From: an uncultured Prevotella sp.
Lineage (GTDB): Bacteria > Bacteroidota > Bacteroidia > Bacteroidales > Bacteroidaceae
DNA: 64,000 bases
Reading direction: 5' to 3'
Assembly: GCA_900314455.1 (NCBI GenBank)
Contig: OMVI01000040.1
Span: forward strand, 3,821-67,820
The position numbers and the translations under genes were made by a program. The notes under the pieces were generated by a model. That model saw nothing but the letters and a program-made list of their open reading frames with translations. It ran no database searches and was not told the origin of the DNA. Numbering within the stretch: position 1 is the first letter of the stretch; each line of letters begins with the position of its first letter. This document shows positions 30,108-40,081 of this stretch, piece by piece.

Positions 30108-30767
30108 ATGTGCATGGGAAAACATAAGATTGCATTTGGGATAAACTTAAAAAAACTATTTGGTTCAGCACTTCTGCTGTTTGCTACAATGAGCGTTTCG
30201 GCTCAGACAGTACAGACCTTCTTTGTCGACAACATTGATTTGCCGTATCTTACAACGGCTCAGAAGCAGCAACTTGTAGATGATTTCAAAGACAAGAAAG
30301 GCGATGCACTCGTTGTAAACAGCCTCGGCGACACTACATTGCTGGAGAGTTCGACTGCGAATTTCATACAACTGAAGTGCAACAATGCCCATACTATCCA
30401 GATAAAGTCCTTGCGTCGTCAGTCGGACAACGACAACGTCTTCTGCGTTGTGAACACATACAAGGCTCCTGCGGCAGAAAGCACGATAGAGTTCTTTACC
30501 AAAGATAACGTAAAGATAAATGAACAATTATTCACTATGCCACAGGTGTCATCTTTATTACAAAAGCCCGACACACTGAGCAATGACGATTTCAAGCAGC
30601 TAACAGAGATGTTCGACCCGCAACTCATAGAGCTTCGGTTGTCGCCAACTGATAATTCAATCACCGAAACGCTGTCTTTGCCATCAGTACCTCGTGACAA
30701 GAAAAAGATTCTCAATGGTTTAAAGCTGCAAAGAAAACTTAACTGGAACGGAAATAACTTTAATTGA
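30108..30767 (+). CDS. Exported protein, DUF3256-like
   Basis: Signal peptide ending in ...SVSA-Q. The motifs LPYLT...LVD, VVNTYKAPAAESTIEFF and the C-terminal LNWNG resemble DUF3256 (from memory). Confidence 0.6.
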   Translation: MCMGKHKIAFGINLKKLFGSALLLFATMSVSAQTVQTFFVDNIDLPYLTTAQKQQLVDDFKDKKGDALVVNSLGDTTLLESSTANFIQLKCNNAHTIQIKSLRRQSDNDNVFCVVNTYKAPAAESTIEFFTKDNVKINEQLFTMPQVSSLLQKPDTLSNDDFKQLTEMFDPQLIELRLSPTDNSITETLSLPSVPRDKKKILNGLKLQRKLNWNGNNFN

Positions 30768-30835
30768 AGTTAAACATTTGAGGAATTTAATCCTCATTGC
30801 TTGCATTAAAGAAACAGATATTGTAATTTTACAAT

Positions 30836-30907
30836 ATGTTTTTCATGGTATTAGATTATTAAGGTTAATAAGGAAGGTTGGTTGTCGTGAGACACCCAAC
30901 CTTTTTT
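30836..30907 (+). ncRNA. Candidate ~70-nt trans-acting small RNA
   Basis: -7-like TAATTTTA at 30824-30831, an unstructured 5' part TTTTTCATGGTATTAGATTATTAAGGTTAA, and a GTGA-capped terminator AAGGTTGGTTGTC-GTGA-GACACCCAACCTT-TTTT. The 5' end is estimated. Confidence 0.6.
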
Positions 30908-31002
30908 AGTGTCCGTTAGTTAAGTCAGATAATGAAAAGAATAGCAAAGATATAATGTTTTTGAAGGTAAATAATTTTTATTTTAGCTTAGCTTAAAATA
31001 TA

Positions 31003-31151
31003 TCTTCGTAACTCATTGATTATCAGTACTCCCGCAAGAGGTCAACTTTGGGCTTCTAAAAGGTCAACTTTGAGGCTGTAAAAGCTAAGGTATTGCAATG
31101 CGAAAGGTCATCTTTTACAAGGCAATACGTCAACTCCCGTTTTGCTGTAAG
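31003..31151 (+). repeat. Dispersed 'IHF-like head + 5 x 22-bp' element, copy B
   Basis: Head CGTAACTCATTGATTATCA at 31007. Units start at 31034, 31056, 31078, 31100 and 31122. Tail GCTGTAAG at 31144. Confidence 0.85.
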
Positions 31152-31339
31152 AATATTTCTTATTTGTTACAGCTGCTGATGTTTTATTTCAGTGAAGTTG
31201 TTCGGACATGATATAGTTATATTGAAAGTAACAATTTTGTAGTATGACCAATCAAAAATCCTATTGATAATTCGTTATATCACTAATTTTCTGTACCTTT
31301 GCACTCAAATAATAATTCTATCAAAAACATATAAAATAT

Positions 31340-33109
31340 ATGTATCGTACAAATACTTGTGGCGAGCTTCGCTTGAGCGATGCCGGCAAGGAAGTAACAC
31401 TTGCAGGATGGGTTCAGCGTTCCCGCAAAATGGGAGGAATGACATTTATCGACTTGCGCGACCGTTATGGCATTACGCAGCTTGTCTTCAACGAGGCTAT
31501 TGACAAGGCTCTATGTGAGAAGGCTAACCAGCTTGGACGTGAATACTGCATTCAGGCGAAAGGTACTGTCAGTGAGCGTCAAAGCAAGAATGCCAAAATA
31601 GCAACCGGTGATATTGAGATTATAGTCAAGGAACTGAATGTTCTCAGTCCGTCGCTTACCCCTCCGTTTACAATTGAGGATAATACAGACGGTGGTGATG
31701 ACCTCCGCATGAAATACCGCTACCTTGATTTGCGCCGCAACTGTGTACGCAAGAACCTCGAACTGCGCCACCGCATGACCATTCTCATACGCAACTTCCT
31801 CGATGCAAGGCAATTTATGGAGATTGAAACTCCTATGCTCATCGGCTCAACGCCGGAGGGTGCCCGCGACTTCGTGGTCCCTTCACGTATGAATCCAGGT
31901 CAGTTCTATGCTCTGCCACAAAGTCCGCAGACGCTGAAGCAGCTCCTTATGGTTGCTGGCATGGACCGTTACTTCCAGATTGTGAAGTGTTTCCGTGACG
32001 AGGACTTGCGTGCCGACCGTCAGCCGGAGTTCACACAGGTCGACTGCGAGATGTCATTCGTCGACCAGGACGATGTCATCAATCTGTTCGAGGAGATGTG
32101 CCGCATGCTGTTCAAGGAGATTCGCGGTGTCGATTTGCCAAAGCCATTGCAGCAAATGACATGGGCTGAGGCTATGAGACGCTTCGGAAGCGACAAGCCT
32201 GACCTGCGTTTCGGTATGGAATTCGTCGAGTTGAAGGACGCTTTCGACAGCAAGGGCGACTTCGCCGTGTTCAATGAGGCTAAGTATATCGGCGGTATCT
32301 GTGTTCCTGGGTGCGCTTCCTACAGCAGAAAGCAGCTCAACGAGCTCACTGACTTCGTAAAGAAGCCGCAGATTGGAGCAAAGGGACTCGTCTATATCAA
32401 ATACAATGCCGACGGAACAGTCAAGAGTTCAATAGATAAATTCTATAGCCCTGAAGTTCTTGCTGAAATCAAGAACGTCATGGGCGCTAAGGACGGCGAC
32501 CTCGTTCTTATCCTTTCGGGTGCAGATGCCAACAAGACAAGAATTCAGCTCTGCTCACTTCGTCTCGAAATGGGTGACCGTCTCGGTCTGCGCGATAAGA
32601 ATACGTTCAAGTGTTTGTGGATTATCGACTTCCCATTGTTCGAGTGGAGCGATGAGGAACAGCGCCTTATGGCTACACATCATCCGTTCACTATGCCGAA
32701 TCCGGACGATATTCCATTGCTCGACGAGCACCCGGAGAAGGTACGTGCCAAGGCTTACGACTTTGTTTGCAACGGTATCGAAGTCGGCGGTGGCTCACTC
32801 CGTATCCATGACACTAAGCTTCAGGAGAAGATGTTCGAAGTTCTCGGCTTCACGCCGGAGCGTGCTGAGGCACAGTTCGGCTTCCTGATGAATGCCTTCA
32901 AGTACGGAGCACCACCTCATGCAGGACTTGCTTTCGGATTGGACCGTTTCGTAAGCATCCTCGCCGGTCTCGACAGCATTCGCGATTGCATTGCATTCCC
33001 GAAGAATAACTCCGGGCGTGATGTCATGCTCGATGCACCATCCGAGCTTGACCCCAAACAGTTGGATGAATTGCAGATAAAGGTTGACTTACATCAAGAA
33101 AATCGTTAA
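31340..33109 (+). CDS. aspS: Aspartate--tRNA ligase
   Basis: [50 protein letters not shown] and GLDR. -7 box at 31294-31301. Confidence 0.97.
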   Translation: MYRTNTCGELRLSDAGKEVTLAGWVQRSRKMGGMTFIDLRDRYGITQLVFNEAIDKALCEKANQLGREYCIQAKGTVSERQSKNAKIATGDIEIIVKELNVLSPSLTPPFTIEDNTDGGDDLRMKYRYLDLRRNCVRKNLELRHRMTILIRNFLDARQFMEIETPMLIGSTPEGARDFVVPSRMNPGQFYALPQSPQTLKQLLMVAGMDRYFQIVKCFRDEDLRADRQPEFTQVDCEMSFVDQDDVINLFEEMCRMLFKEIRGVDLPKPLQQMTWAEAMRRFGSDKPDLRFGMEFVELKDAFDSKGDFAVFNEAKYIGGICVPGCASYSRKQLNELTDFVKKPQIGAKGLVYIKYNADGTVKSSIDKFYSPEVLAEIKNVMGAKDGDLVLILSGADANKTRIQLCSLRLEMGDRLGLRDKNTFKCLWIIDFPLFEWSDEEQRLMATHHPFTMPNPDDIPLLDEHPEKVRAKAYDFVCNGIEVGGGSLRIHDTKLQEKMFEVLGFTPERAEAQFGFLMNAFKYGAPPHAGLAFGLDRFVSILAGLDSIRDCIAFPKNNSGRDVMLDAPSELDPKQLDELQIKVDLHQENR

Positions 33110-33247
33110 AATTCAGCTAGTTGTCAAAAAAAGTCGCAATTTTCTGTAAAAAAGTATAAGTATTACGATAAAAAATGGTACTTTTGCAGCATAAATAGTT
33201 GAGAATTAAATATATTCGATATATCTTTATTCTAAATTTACTAAATT

Positions 33248-33544
33248 ATGGCAACAGAGAAGAAAGCTACAAAGGCTGCACCAAAGGCAGCAAAAAAGAC
33301 AACAGCAAAGAAGGCAACTGTAAAGAAGGCTGCTGCAAAGGCTGCTGTTGAGTTGAATGCAACAAACGTCGGCTACAGAGCTGGTGATGTTTACCAGACT
33401 CTTGCAGCAGAGAACAAGGCCCTGACTCCTGCCGAAATTGCAAAGGCAGCTAAGATTAGCGCAGAGGAAGTTTACCTCGGCATGGGCTGGCTCTTCAAGG
33501 AGGGCAAGATTAAGGATGAGGACAACAAAGTTACATTGGCTTAA
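33248..33544 (+). CDS. Winged-helix protein (DUF2582-like) with a Lys/Ala-rich histone H1-like N-terminal tail
   Basis: MATEKKATKAAPKAAKKTTAKKATVKKAAAKAA followed by VGYRAGDVYQTL...YLGMGWLFKEGKI. It has its own -7 box (33179-33186) and terminator. Confidence 0.75.
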   Translation: MATEKKATKAAPKAAKKTTAKKATVKKAAAKAAVELNATNVGYRAGDVYQTLAAENKALTPAEIAKAAKISAEEVYLGMGWLFKEGKIKDEDNKVTLA

Positions 33545-33565
33545 TCATCAGAGCAAACAATAAGG

Positions 33566-33602
33566 AAAGAGCCGCTCACTTGTTGAACGAGCTCTTTTTT
33601 TT
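33566..33602 (+). terminator. Intrinsic terminator
   Basis: AAAGAGC...GCTCTTT stem followed by a long T-tract. Confidence 0.65.
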
Positions 33603-33614
33603 CAATAATTTAGA

Positions 33615-33938
33615 ATGGCTTACGAAGCGGCGATAATCAAAGTTTTGAAAGAAGCTGGAAGCGAAGGGCTGTCAGTTAAGAAAATAGCCTATCATGTTTT
33701 CAACTCTACAAATTCGCTTTTCGAGCCATTGTCAAAGACCGATATACAACAGTCGGTGCAGCAATACCTCGCTTACCACAGCAAGAAACCGAAAGACACT
33801 ATAGAGAAAGTGGGGCGGGGGAGATACCGGCTGAATATGAAGTCTAAGAGGGTGCAGATCTTTCTTGCCCGTCTGGCTGACGATAATGGTGATAGCCTGA
33901 GGGTAATACCGAAAGATTTGAGCCTCAGCCTTTTTTAG
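33615..33938 (+). CDS. Small basic hypothetical protein, probable winged-helix
   Basis: IIKVLKEAGSEGLSVKKIAYHVFN...IEKVGRGRYRL fits a helix-helix-helix-wing pattern. Confidence 0.6.
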   Translation: MAYEAAIIKVLKEAGSEGLSVKKIAYHVFNSTNSLFEPLSKTDIQQSVQQYLAYHSKKPKDTIEKVGRGRYRLNMKSKRVQIFLARLADDNGDSLRVIPKDLSLSLF

Positions 33939-34001
33939 TAAAGAGCAGAAAATCCTTTGTAAACCAACAATTAAAACAATAACTAACTTAATAAAAACAA
34001 T

Positions 34002-35498
34002 ATGTCGAAAAGATATTTATTAGGCTTCGATGTGGGCAGTAGCAGCGTCAAAGCATCACTTGTCAACATAGAGACCGGTGTTGTAGAAGCTGACGCACAT
34101 TATCCTGAAAAGGAAGCGCCAATAACAGCTGTCAAAGCTGGATGGGCAGAACAAGAGCCGCAGATGTGGTGGGACAATGCCAAGAAATCGCTGAAGGACA
34201 TCATGCAGCGTACAGGAGCCACCGGCAAGGACATCAAGGCAATCGGTATCTCGTATCAGATGCACGGACTCGTGTGTGTCGACAAGAACTTGAACGTGCT
34301 CCGTCCGAGTATTATCTGGTGCGACTCGCGCGCCGTGCCATACGGAGAGAAGGCTTTCAAGGATTTAGGTTCAGAGAAGTGTCTGTCTCATTTGCTTAAC
34401 TCTCCCGGTAACTTCACTCTTTCGAAACTCGCTTGGGTTAAGGAGAACGAGCCGGAGACTTTCAAGAAGATTTATAAGGCAATGCTGCCGGGTGACTACA
34501 TCGCCATGAAACTGTCCGGGAAAGTAAATACTACCATCAGTGGACTGTCCGAAGGCATTGCATGGGACTTCAAAGAGAAGCGCCCGGCAAAGTTCCTGCT
34601 CGACTATTTCGGCTTCGACGAGAGTCTGATACCTGATATTGTTCCGACCTTCAGCGTACAAAGCACGGTTTCAGCCGATGCAGCAGCAGAGCTCGGACTT
34701 GAGCCTGGAACTCCTATTTCGTACAGGGCCGGCGACCAGCCTAACAATGCTCTGTCGCTGAACGTATTCAATCCGGGTGAGATTGCATCAACGGCAGGAA
34801 CAAGCGGAGTTGTCTATGGCGTGCTTGGCAGTGTCAATTACGACCCGAAATCAAGAGTCAATACCTTTGCCCATGTCAACTACACTACAGATGTTGACCG
34901 TTTGGGAGTGCTTCTTTGCATTAATGGAACTGGCATTCTTAATGCTTGGGTCCACCGTAACGTTGCCTCCGACTTGTCATATCCTGAGATGAACGACCTC
35001 GCAGCCACGGTTCCGGTTGGTTCAGAGGGAGTGACGATAATTCCATTTGGCAACGGCGCTGAGCGTGTATTGGAGAATCGTGAGGTAGATTGTTCTATTC
35101 ATGGTCTCAACTTCAACAAGCACAATCGTGCTCACATTGTCAGGGCTGCCCAGGAAGGTATCGTATTCTCGTTCTGCTACGGCATGGAGATAATGGAGAA
35201 AATGGGCATGGACATTCACAATATTCATGCCGGAAAGGCGAATATGTTCCTAAGTCCGTTGTTCTGCGATACTCTTGCCAATGTCAGCGGAGCTACTATT
35301 GAGCTCTATGACACTGATGGTGCAGCAGGAGCGGCTAAGGGTGCCGGCATAGGATGCGGCATCTACAAAGACCATGACGAGGCTTTCGCAACGTTGAAGA
35401 AGTTGTCGGTCATCAAGCCAAATGACGATGTACGCTCCAGTTACCTTGATGCTTACGCCAACTGGAAGGAGCTTCTGAACGAAATTTTGCATCTATAG
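34002..35498 (+). CDS. xylB: Xylulokinase (FGGY family)
   Basis: Motifs LGFDVGSSSVK, ISYQMHGLV, IWCDSRA, AGDQPNNA and AGTSGV. Confidence 0.85.
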   Translation: MSKRYLLGFDVGSSSVKASLVNIETGVVEADAHYPEKEAPITAVKAGWAEQEPQMWWDNAKKSLKDIMQRTGATGKDIKAIGISYQMHGLVCVDKNLNVLRPSIIWCDSRAVPYGEKAFKDLGSEKCLSHLLNSPGNFTLSKLAWVKENEPETFKKIYKAMLPGDYIAMKLSGKVNTTISGLSEGIAWDFKEKRPAKFLLDYFGFDESLIPDIVPTFSVQSTVSADAAAELGLEPGTPISYRAGDQPNNALSLNVFNPGEIASTAGTSGVVYGVLGSVNYDPKSRVNTFAHVNYTTDVDRLGVLLCINGTGILNAWVHRNVASDLSYPEMNDLAATVPVGSEGVTIIPFGNGAERVLENREVDCSIHGLNFNKHNRAHIVRAAQEGIVFSFCYGMEIMEKMGMDIHNIHAGKANMFLSPLFCDTLANVSGATIELYDTDGAAGAAKGAGIGCGIYKDHDEAFATLKKLSVIKPNDDVRSSYLDAYANWKELLNEILHL

Positions 35499-35578
35499 GA
35501 TGCTATACATTATATATATATAGGAAGAATAGTACTTGTTCCAAAGGGAACGAAAACGTTTTTCTATAGAAAAATGAC

Positions 35579-35607
35579 AAAAAGGCGGCGTTTAATGTCG
35601 CCTTTTT
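35579..35607 (+). terminator. Terminator hairpin after xylB
   Basis: AAAAAGGCGGCG-TTTAA-TGTCGCCTTTTT. Confidence 0.7.
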
Positions 35608-35653
35608 GTTTTTTTTTATTAACTTTGCCAAATTAACAACGATACAAGAGAAA

Positions 35654-36709
35654 ATGAATCACCTCGTTATTATGGCAGGCGGCGTTGGTAGCCGCTTTTG
35701 GCCTATGAGCACAGCTGAACGTCCTAAACAGTTCATTGACGTTTTGGGAGTTGGGCGGACGTTGCTTCAACTTACATTCGACAGATTCGAAGGCATTGTT
35801 AATCCGGAGAATGTGTGGGTCGTTACAAATCAAAATTATACAGAGCTTGTCAAGGAACAACTGCCTGAAGTTCCTGCCGGCAATATCCTAAGTGAGCCTT
35901 GTCGTAGGAATACGGCACCGTGTATTGCCTATGTCAGCTGGAGAATAAAGAATTCTGATGCCAAGGCTAATATCGTTGTTGCACCAAGCGACCATATCGT
36001 TACCAACGTGGCAGAGTTCAAGCGCGTTGTAAAAATGTGCATGAAGTTTACTGCTGAAACCGATTCTATCGTTACGCTTGGAATGAGACCGACGCGTCCG
36101 GAGACAGGATATGGTTATATTGAAGCTGATTTATCGGCTACGAGTGCACGTAATAAGGAAATATTCAGGGTAGATAAGTTCCGCGAGAAACCAGAGCTGG
36201 AAACCGCCATTAAATATATTCAGCAGAACAATTTCTACTGGAATGCGGGCATATTCATCTGGAGTGCCGCTACAATTATTAATGCTTTCCGACTTTATCA
36301 GCCGTCAATAGCAAAGATATTTGATAGAATTAGGGAGAAACTCGGTACACCGGAAGAGCAGGAAATAATCAATACGGTCTATCCGGATTGCGAGAACATA
36401 TCTGTCGACTATGCTATTATGGAGAAAGCTGACGAAATTTTCGTGTGCCCGGCGGACTTCGGATGGAGTGACCTTGGTACTTGGGGCTCTCTGCTTATAC
36501 AAAGTAAGAAAGACCTTTATGGCAACGCCGTAATCGGTAGTGATGTTGATGTGTACAACACGAAGAACAGTATCATCAATGTCCATGATATGAAGAAGAC
36601 GGTCGTTCAGGGTCTCGATGGTTATATTGTGGCAGAGCACGACGGTACGTTGCTTATCTGCAAGCTCAGTGAAGAGCAAAGAATAAAACAATTTTCAGGA
36701 GAAAACTAA
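35654..36709 (+). CDS. manC: Mannose-1-phosphate guanylyltransferase
   Basis: [38 protein letters not shown] and WSDLGTW. -7 box at 35620-35627. Confidence 0.92.
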   Translation: MNHLVIMAGGVGSRFWPMSTAERPKQFIDVLGVGRTLLQLTFDRFEGIVNPENVWVVTNQNYTELVKEQLPEVPAGNILSEPCRRNTAPCIAYVSWRIKNSDAKANIVVAPSDHIVTNVAEFKRVVKMCMKFTAETDSIVTLGMRPTRPETGYGYIEADLSATSARNKEIFRVDKFREKPELETAIKYIQQNNFYWNAGIFIWSAATIINAFRLYQPSIAKIFDRIREKLGTPEEQEIINTVYPDCENISVDYAIMEKADEIFVCPADFGWSDLGTWGSLLIQSKKDLYGNAVIGSDVDVYNTKNSIINVHDMKKTVVQGLDGYIVAEHDGTLLICKLSEEQRIKQFSGEN

Positions 36710-36722
36710 CAAAAGAAATACA

Positions 36723-37817
36723 ATGGATAGAAAAGTAGCACTTATCACCGGAGTTACAGGACAGGACGGCAGCTATCTCTCGGAGTTGCTGTTGTCGAAA
36801 GGATATGATGTTCACGGTATCATTCGTCGTTCATCAGTAGACTATCGTGAACGTATTGCCCATCTCGAAGGCAAGCCTAATTTCCACCTTCACTATGCAG
36901 ACATGGGCGACTCTATGAGCCTTGTCGGACTGATTGGAAGGGTTCGTCCAACAGAAATATACAACCTTGCGGCTCAGAGCCACGTACAGGTCAGCTTCGA
37001 TTCTCCTGAGTACACCGCCGATGTAGATGCAGTTGGTGTTCTGAGAGTTGTCGAGGCAGTACGCCAATGCGGTCTTGCTGACACTTGCCGCATATATCAG
37101 GCTTCAACTTCCGAGCTCTATGGCAAGGTTGAAGAGGTCCCACAGAATGAGAATACGCCGTTCCATCCATACAGTCCGTATGCCGTTGCCAAGCTCTACG
37201 GTTTCTGGATAATGAAGGAATACAGAGATGCTTACCACATGTTCTGCTGCAATGGAATTCTTTTCAATCATGAGAGCGAACGTCGTGGTGAGACTTTCGT
37301 AACGAGAAAGATTACTCTTGCAGCTGCACGCATCAAGCAGGGCAAACAGGATAAGCTTTATCTTGGCAACCTTTCGTCGAAGCGCGACTGGGGATACGCC
37401 AAGGATTACGTTGAGTGCATGTGGCTTATACTGCAAAACGATAAGCCTGATGACTTCGTCATTGCTACCGGCGTGCAGCACACGGTGCGTGAGTTTGCTA
37501 CTTTGGCATTCCATTATGTTGGCATCGAACTTGAGTGGCAAGGTGAAGGAGTAAACGAAAAGGGAATTGACAAGGCAACGGGCAAGGTGCTCGTTGAGGT
37601 AAGCCCAGACTTCTTCCGTCCAACTGATGTCGTCAATTTGTGGGGCGACCCGACAAAGGCAAAGGCACAGTTGAAGTGGAATCCTACAAAGACTTCATTC
37701 GAGGAACTCGTCAAGATTATGGTTGACAGTGACATGAAGAAGGTTGCAGGCGATGATGCGGCAGCTAGAGTACGCGTAAACCTGGAGGAATACCTTGAGA
37801 AGGGTATAGTAAAATAG
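36723..37817 (+). CDS. gmd: GDP-mannose 4,6-dehydratase
   Basis: Motifs [37 protein letters not shown] and FVTRKIT. Confidence 0.97.
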   Translation: MDRKVALITGVTGQDGSYLSELLLSKGYDVHGIIRRSSVDYRERIAHLEGKPNFHLHYADMGDSMSLVGLIGRVRPTEIYNLAAQSHVQVSFDSPEYTADVDAVGVLRVVEAVRQCGLADTCRIYQASTSELYGKVEEVPQNENTPFHPYSPYAVAKLYGFWIMKEYRDAYHMFCCNGILFNHESERRGETFVTRKITLAAARIKQGKQDKLYLGNLSSKRDWGYAKDYVECMWLILQNDKPDDFVIATGVQHTVREFATLAFHYVGIELEWQGEGVNEKGIDKATGKVLVEVSPDFFRPTDVVNLWGDPTKAKAQLKWNPTKTSFEELVKIMVDSDMKKVAGDDAAARVRVNLEEYLEKGIVK

Positions 37818-37882
37818 GCCTAATTTATAAGTCAAGTATATTCAATTATTCTCAGACAATTATATAAGGGAAAAACAAAGAA

Positions 37883-39100
37883 ATGTCTTCATTAAGCAAA
37901 GATTCAAAAATTTATGTAGCCGGACATCACGGACTGGTAGGTTCGGCAATATGGAACAATTTGAAATCAAGAGGCTATAATAACCTTGTAGGTCGCTCGC
38001 ACAAGGAGTTGGACTTAACTGAACAACTGGCAGTAAAGAAGTTCTTCGACGAGGAACAGCCTGATGCAGTTGTCCTTGCCGCAGCTTTCGTTGGCGGCAT
38101 TATGGCAAACTCGCTCTATCGCGCTGACTTTATAATGCAGAATATGAAGATACAATGCAACGTAATAGAGCAGGCTTACAAGCACAACGTAAAGAAGCTG
38201 TTGTTCCTCGGCTCTACTTGCATCTATCCGAAGAACGCTCCTCAGCCAATGAAGGAGGACTCGTTGCTTACTTCTCCATTGGAGTACACTAACGAAGAGT
38301 ATGCTATTGCGAAGATTGCAGGTCTGAAGATGTGCGAGAGCTACAACCTTCAGTATGGCACCAACTATATTGCAGTGATGCCGACGAACCTTTATGGTCC
38401 TAATGACAACTTCCATCTGGAGAACAGTCACGTCCTTCCGGCAATGATGCGCAAAGTTTATCTTTCGAAGTTGATACACGATGACGATTGGGATGCTATA
38501 CGTGTTGACATGATGAAGCGTCCTATCAATCCTCCATCAAAACTTGCCGAAGAGATTGGAACTGACAATGTTGATGGTAATTCAGATAAGGAGCGCATCC
38601 TGAAGGCTCTTGCTTACTATGGTATAGAGAACAATAAGGTTACTCTTTGGGGCGATGGCTCACCATTGCGCGAGTTCCTTTGGAGTGAGGATATGGCTGA
38701 TGCATCTGTTCATATCTTACTCAACGTCGACTTCAAGGATATCATAGGCATTGAGAAATACTCAAGTGTATTCTATGGTGTCAAAACTGATGGCGAGGTA
38801 AACCGCAACAACTCTGAAGGAAGAGGTGGCGCAATACCATCGCTTGGAGAAATCCGCAACTGCCATATCAATGTCGGTACAGGCAAGGAACTGACAATCA
38901 AGGCTCTTGCAGAGCTTGTTATAAAGACTGTAGGCTTTGAAGGAGAACTCGTTTGGGATAAGACGAAGCCAAACGGAACCCCTCGTAAGCTTATTGATGT
39001 TACCAAGCTGCACAGTCTTGGTTGGCATCATAAGGTGGAAATAGAGGACGGAGTCGAGAAGCTATACGAGTGGTACCAGAACTCTTTGGCTACGAAATAA
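37883..39100 (+). CDS. fcl: GDP-L-fucose synthase
   Basis: AGHHGLVGSA, FLGSTCIYP, YAIAK, PTNLYG, SHVLP and KPNGTPRK, with two internal insertions. Confidence 0.94.
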   Translation: MSSLSKDSKIYVAGHHGLVGSAIWNNLKSRGYNNLVGRSHKELDLTEQLAVKKFFDEEQPDAVVLAAAFVGGIMANSLYRADFIMQNMKIQCNVIEQAYKHNVKKLLFLGSTCIYPKNAPQPMKEDSLLTSPLEYTNEEYAIAKIAGLKMCESYNLQYGTNYIAVMPTNLYGPNDNFHLENSHVLPAMMRKVYLSKLIHDDDWDAIRVDMMKRPINPPSKLAEEIGTDNVDGNSDKERILKALAYYGIENNKVTLWGDGSPLREFLWSEDMADASVHILLNVDFKDIIGIEKYSSVFYGVKTDGEVNRNNSEGRGGAIPSLGEIRNCHINVGTGKELTIKALAELVIKTVGFEGELVWDKTKPNGTPRKLIDVTKLHSLGWHHKVEIEDGVEKLYEWYQNSLATK

Positions 39101-39107
39101 GTGTGAT

Positions 39108-39386
39108 ATGAGAACTTTTGGTTTCTTATCCATTATTGCTTTCTTGTTGCTTTTTTGCAGTTGCGCTGCAAAAAAGCAACAAGAAAGCGTTTTTATTTGC
39201 ACCGGTGCAGCTGATGACTCTTATCATTCAACGCCCAAATGCAAGGAATTGCGAAATTGTGATGGAGAGATAGGAGACGTGTCTCTCAGCGATGCCTTGG
39301 AGATTGGATTGCATCCGTGTAAGCAATGCTTTCCCAAGGACAGCATAGAAGCATTCAAGAAAAGGTATCCTGGCGTAATGCAATAG
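39108..39386 (+). CDS. Small lipoprotein with a Cys/His metal-binding motif
   Basis: Lipobox-like LLFCSC, then VFIC...YH...C...C and HPCKQC. Confidence 0.65.
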   Translation: MRTFGFLSIIAFLLLFCSCAAKKQQESVFICTGAADDSYHSTPKCKELRNCDGEIGDVSLSDALEIGLHPCKQCFPKDSIEAFKKRYPGVMQ

Positions 39387-39418
39387 CAGGATACCTCTGG
39401 TTTTTATTCCTTTGTATC

Positions 39419-40054
39419 TTATTCTTTTCCCGTAATTCTTTTCCTACGCTTAATGAGCCACTTAGCCATGAAGAATACAACGGCAATGCCAACAAGCAGG
39501 GAAATTACGAATTTTATGTACTCTCCGTACTCCATTATCTTATCGTTGAGTTGTTCCTCTGGCACGAAAGAGTGAAGATACCACCCAAGACTGGCAAGAA
39601 TGCAGTTCCAAATTCCCGCTCCTAATGTCGTGTACAGAATGAATTTCCAGTACTTCATCTTAGCAAGACCGGCAGGAATGGAGATGAGGTGACGTATGCC
39701 AGGTATCAGACGGCCTGTTATCGTGGCAACCATACCATGGTCGTCGAAGTACTTTTCGCTCTTTTCTACTTTTGCCTGGTTAAGCAGACACAGGTGTCCA
39801 AGTTTGCTATTGGCGAACTTATAGATTATCGGACGCCCCAGGAAATAACCTCCAAGGTAGTTGATTGTAGCGCCGATATCAGCTCCCAATGTTCCGAAAA
39901 GCACTACAAGGATAACGTCCATGTTACCTGCTGCAGAATGGTATGCCGCCGGTGCGACTACCAATTCTGATGGTACAGGTATGACTGTGCTTTCGAGAAG
40001 CATCAAAAGGAATACGGAACCATAAGTGAGATTGGCTAATAATGAAGTCAACAT
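39419..40054 (-). CDS. DedA family membrane protein
   Basis: Motifs LESTVIPVPSE, GATINY and GRLIPGIRHLISIPAG. Confidence 0.92.
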   Translation of the reverse strand: MLTSLLANLTYGSVFLLMLLESTVIPVPSELVVAPAAYHSAAGNMDVILVVLFGTLGADIGATINYLGGYFLGRPIIYKFANSKLGHLCLLNQAKVEKSEKYFDDHGMVATITGRLIPGIRHLISIPAGLAKMKYWKFILYTTLGAGIWNCILASLGWYLHSFVPEEQLNDKIMEYGEYIKFVISLLVGIAVVFFMAKWLIKRRKRITGKE

Positions 40055-40081
40055 ATTCTGAATATAATCTTTTTTATACAG

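Noticed and set aside
30807-30848. 13-aa minus-strand ORF MKKHIVKLQYLFL
   Set aside because: The promoter-like box and terminator both point to a plus-strand transcript, and there is no support for translation.
35504-35522. TATACATTATATATATAT shared with 51220-51237
   Set aside because: It is a low-complexity TA run, and the second copy is simply coding sequence (YTLYIY).
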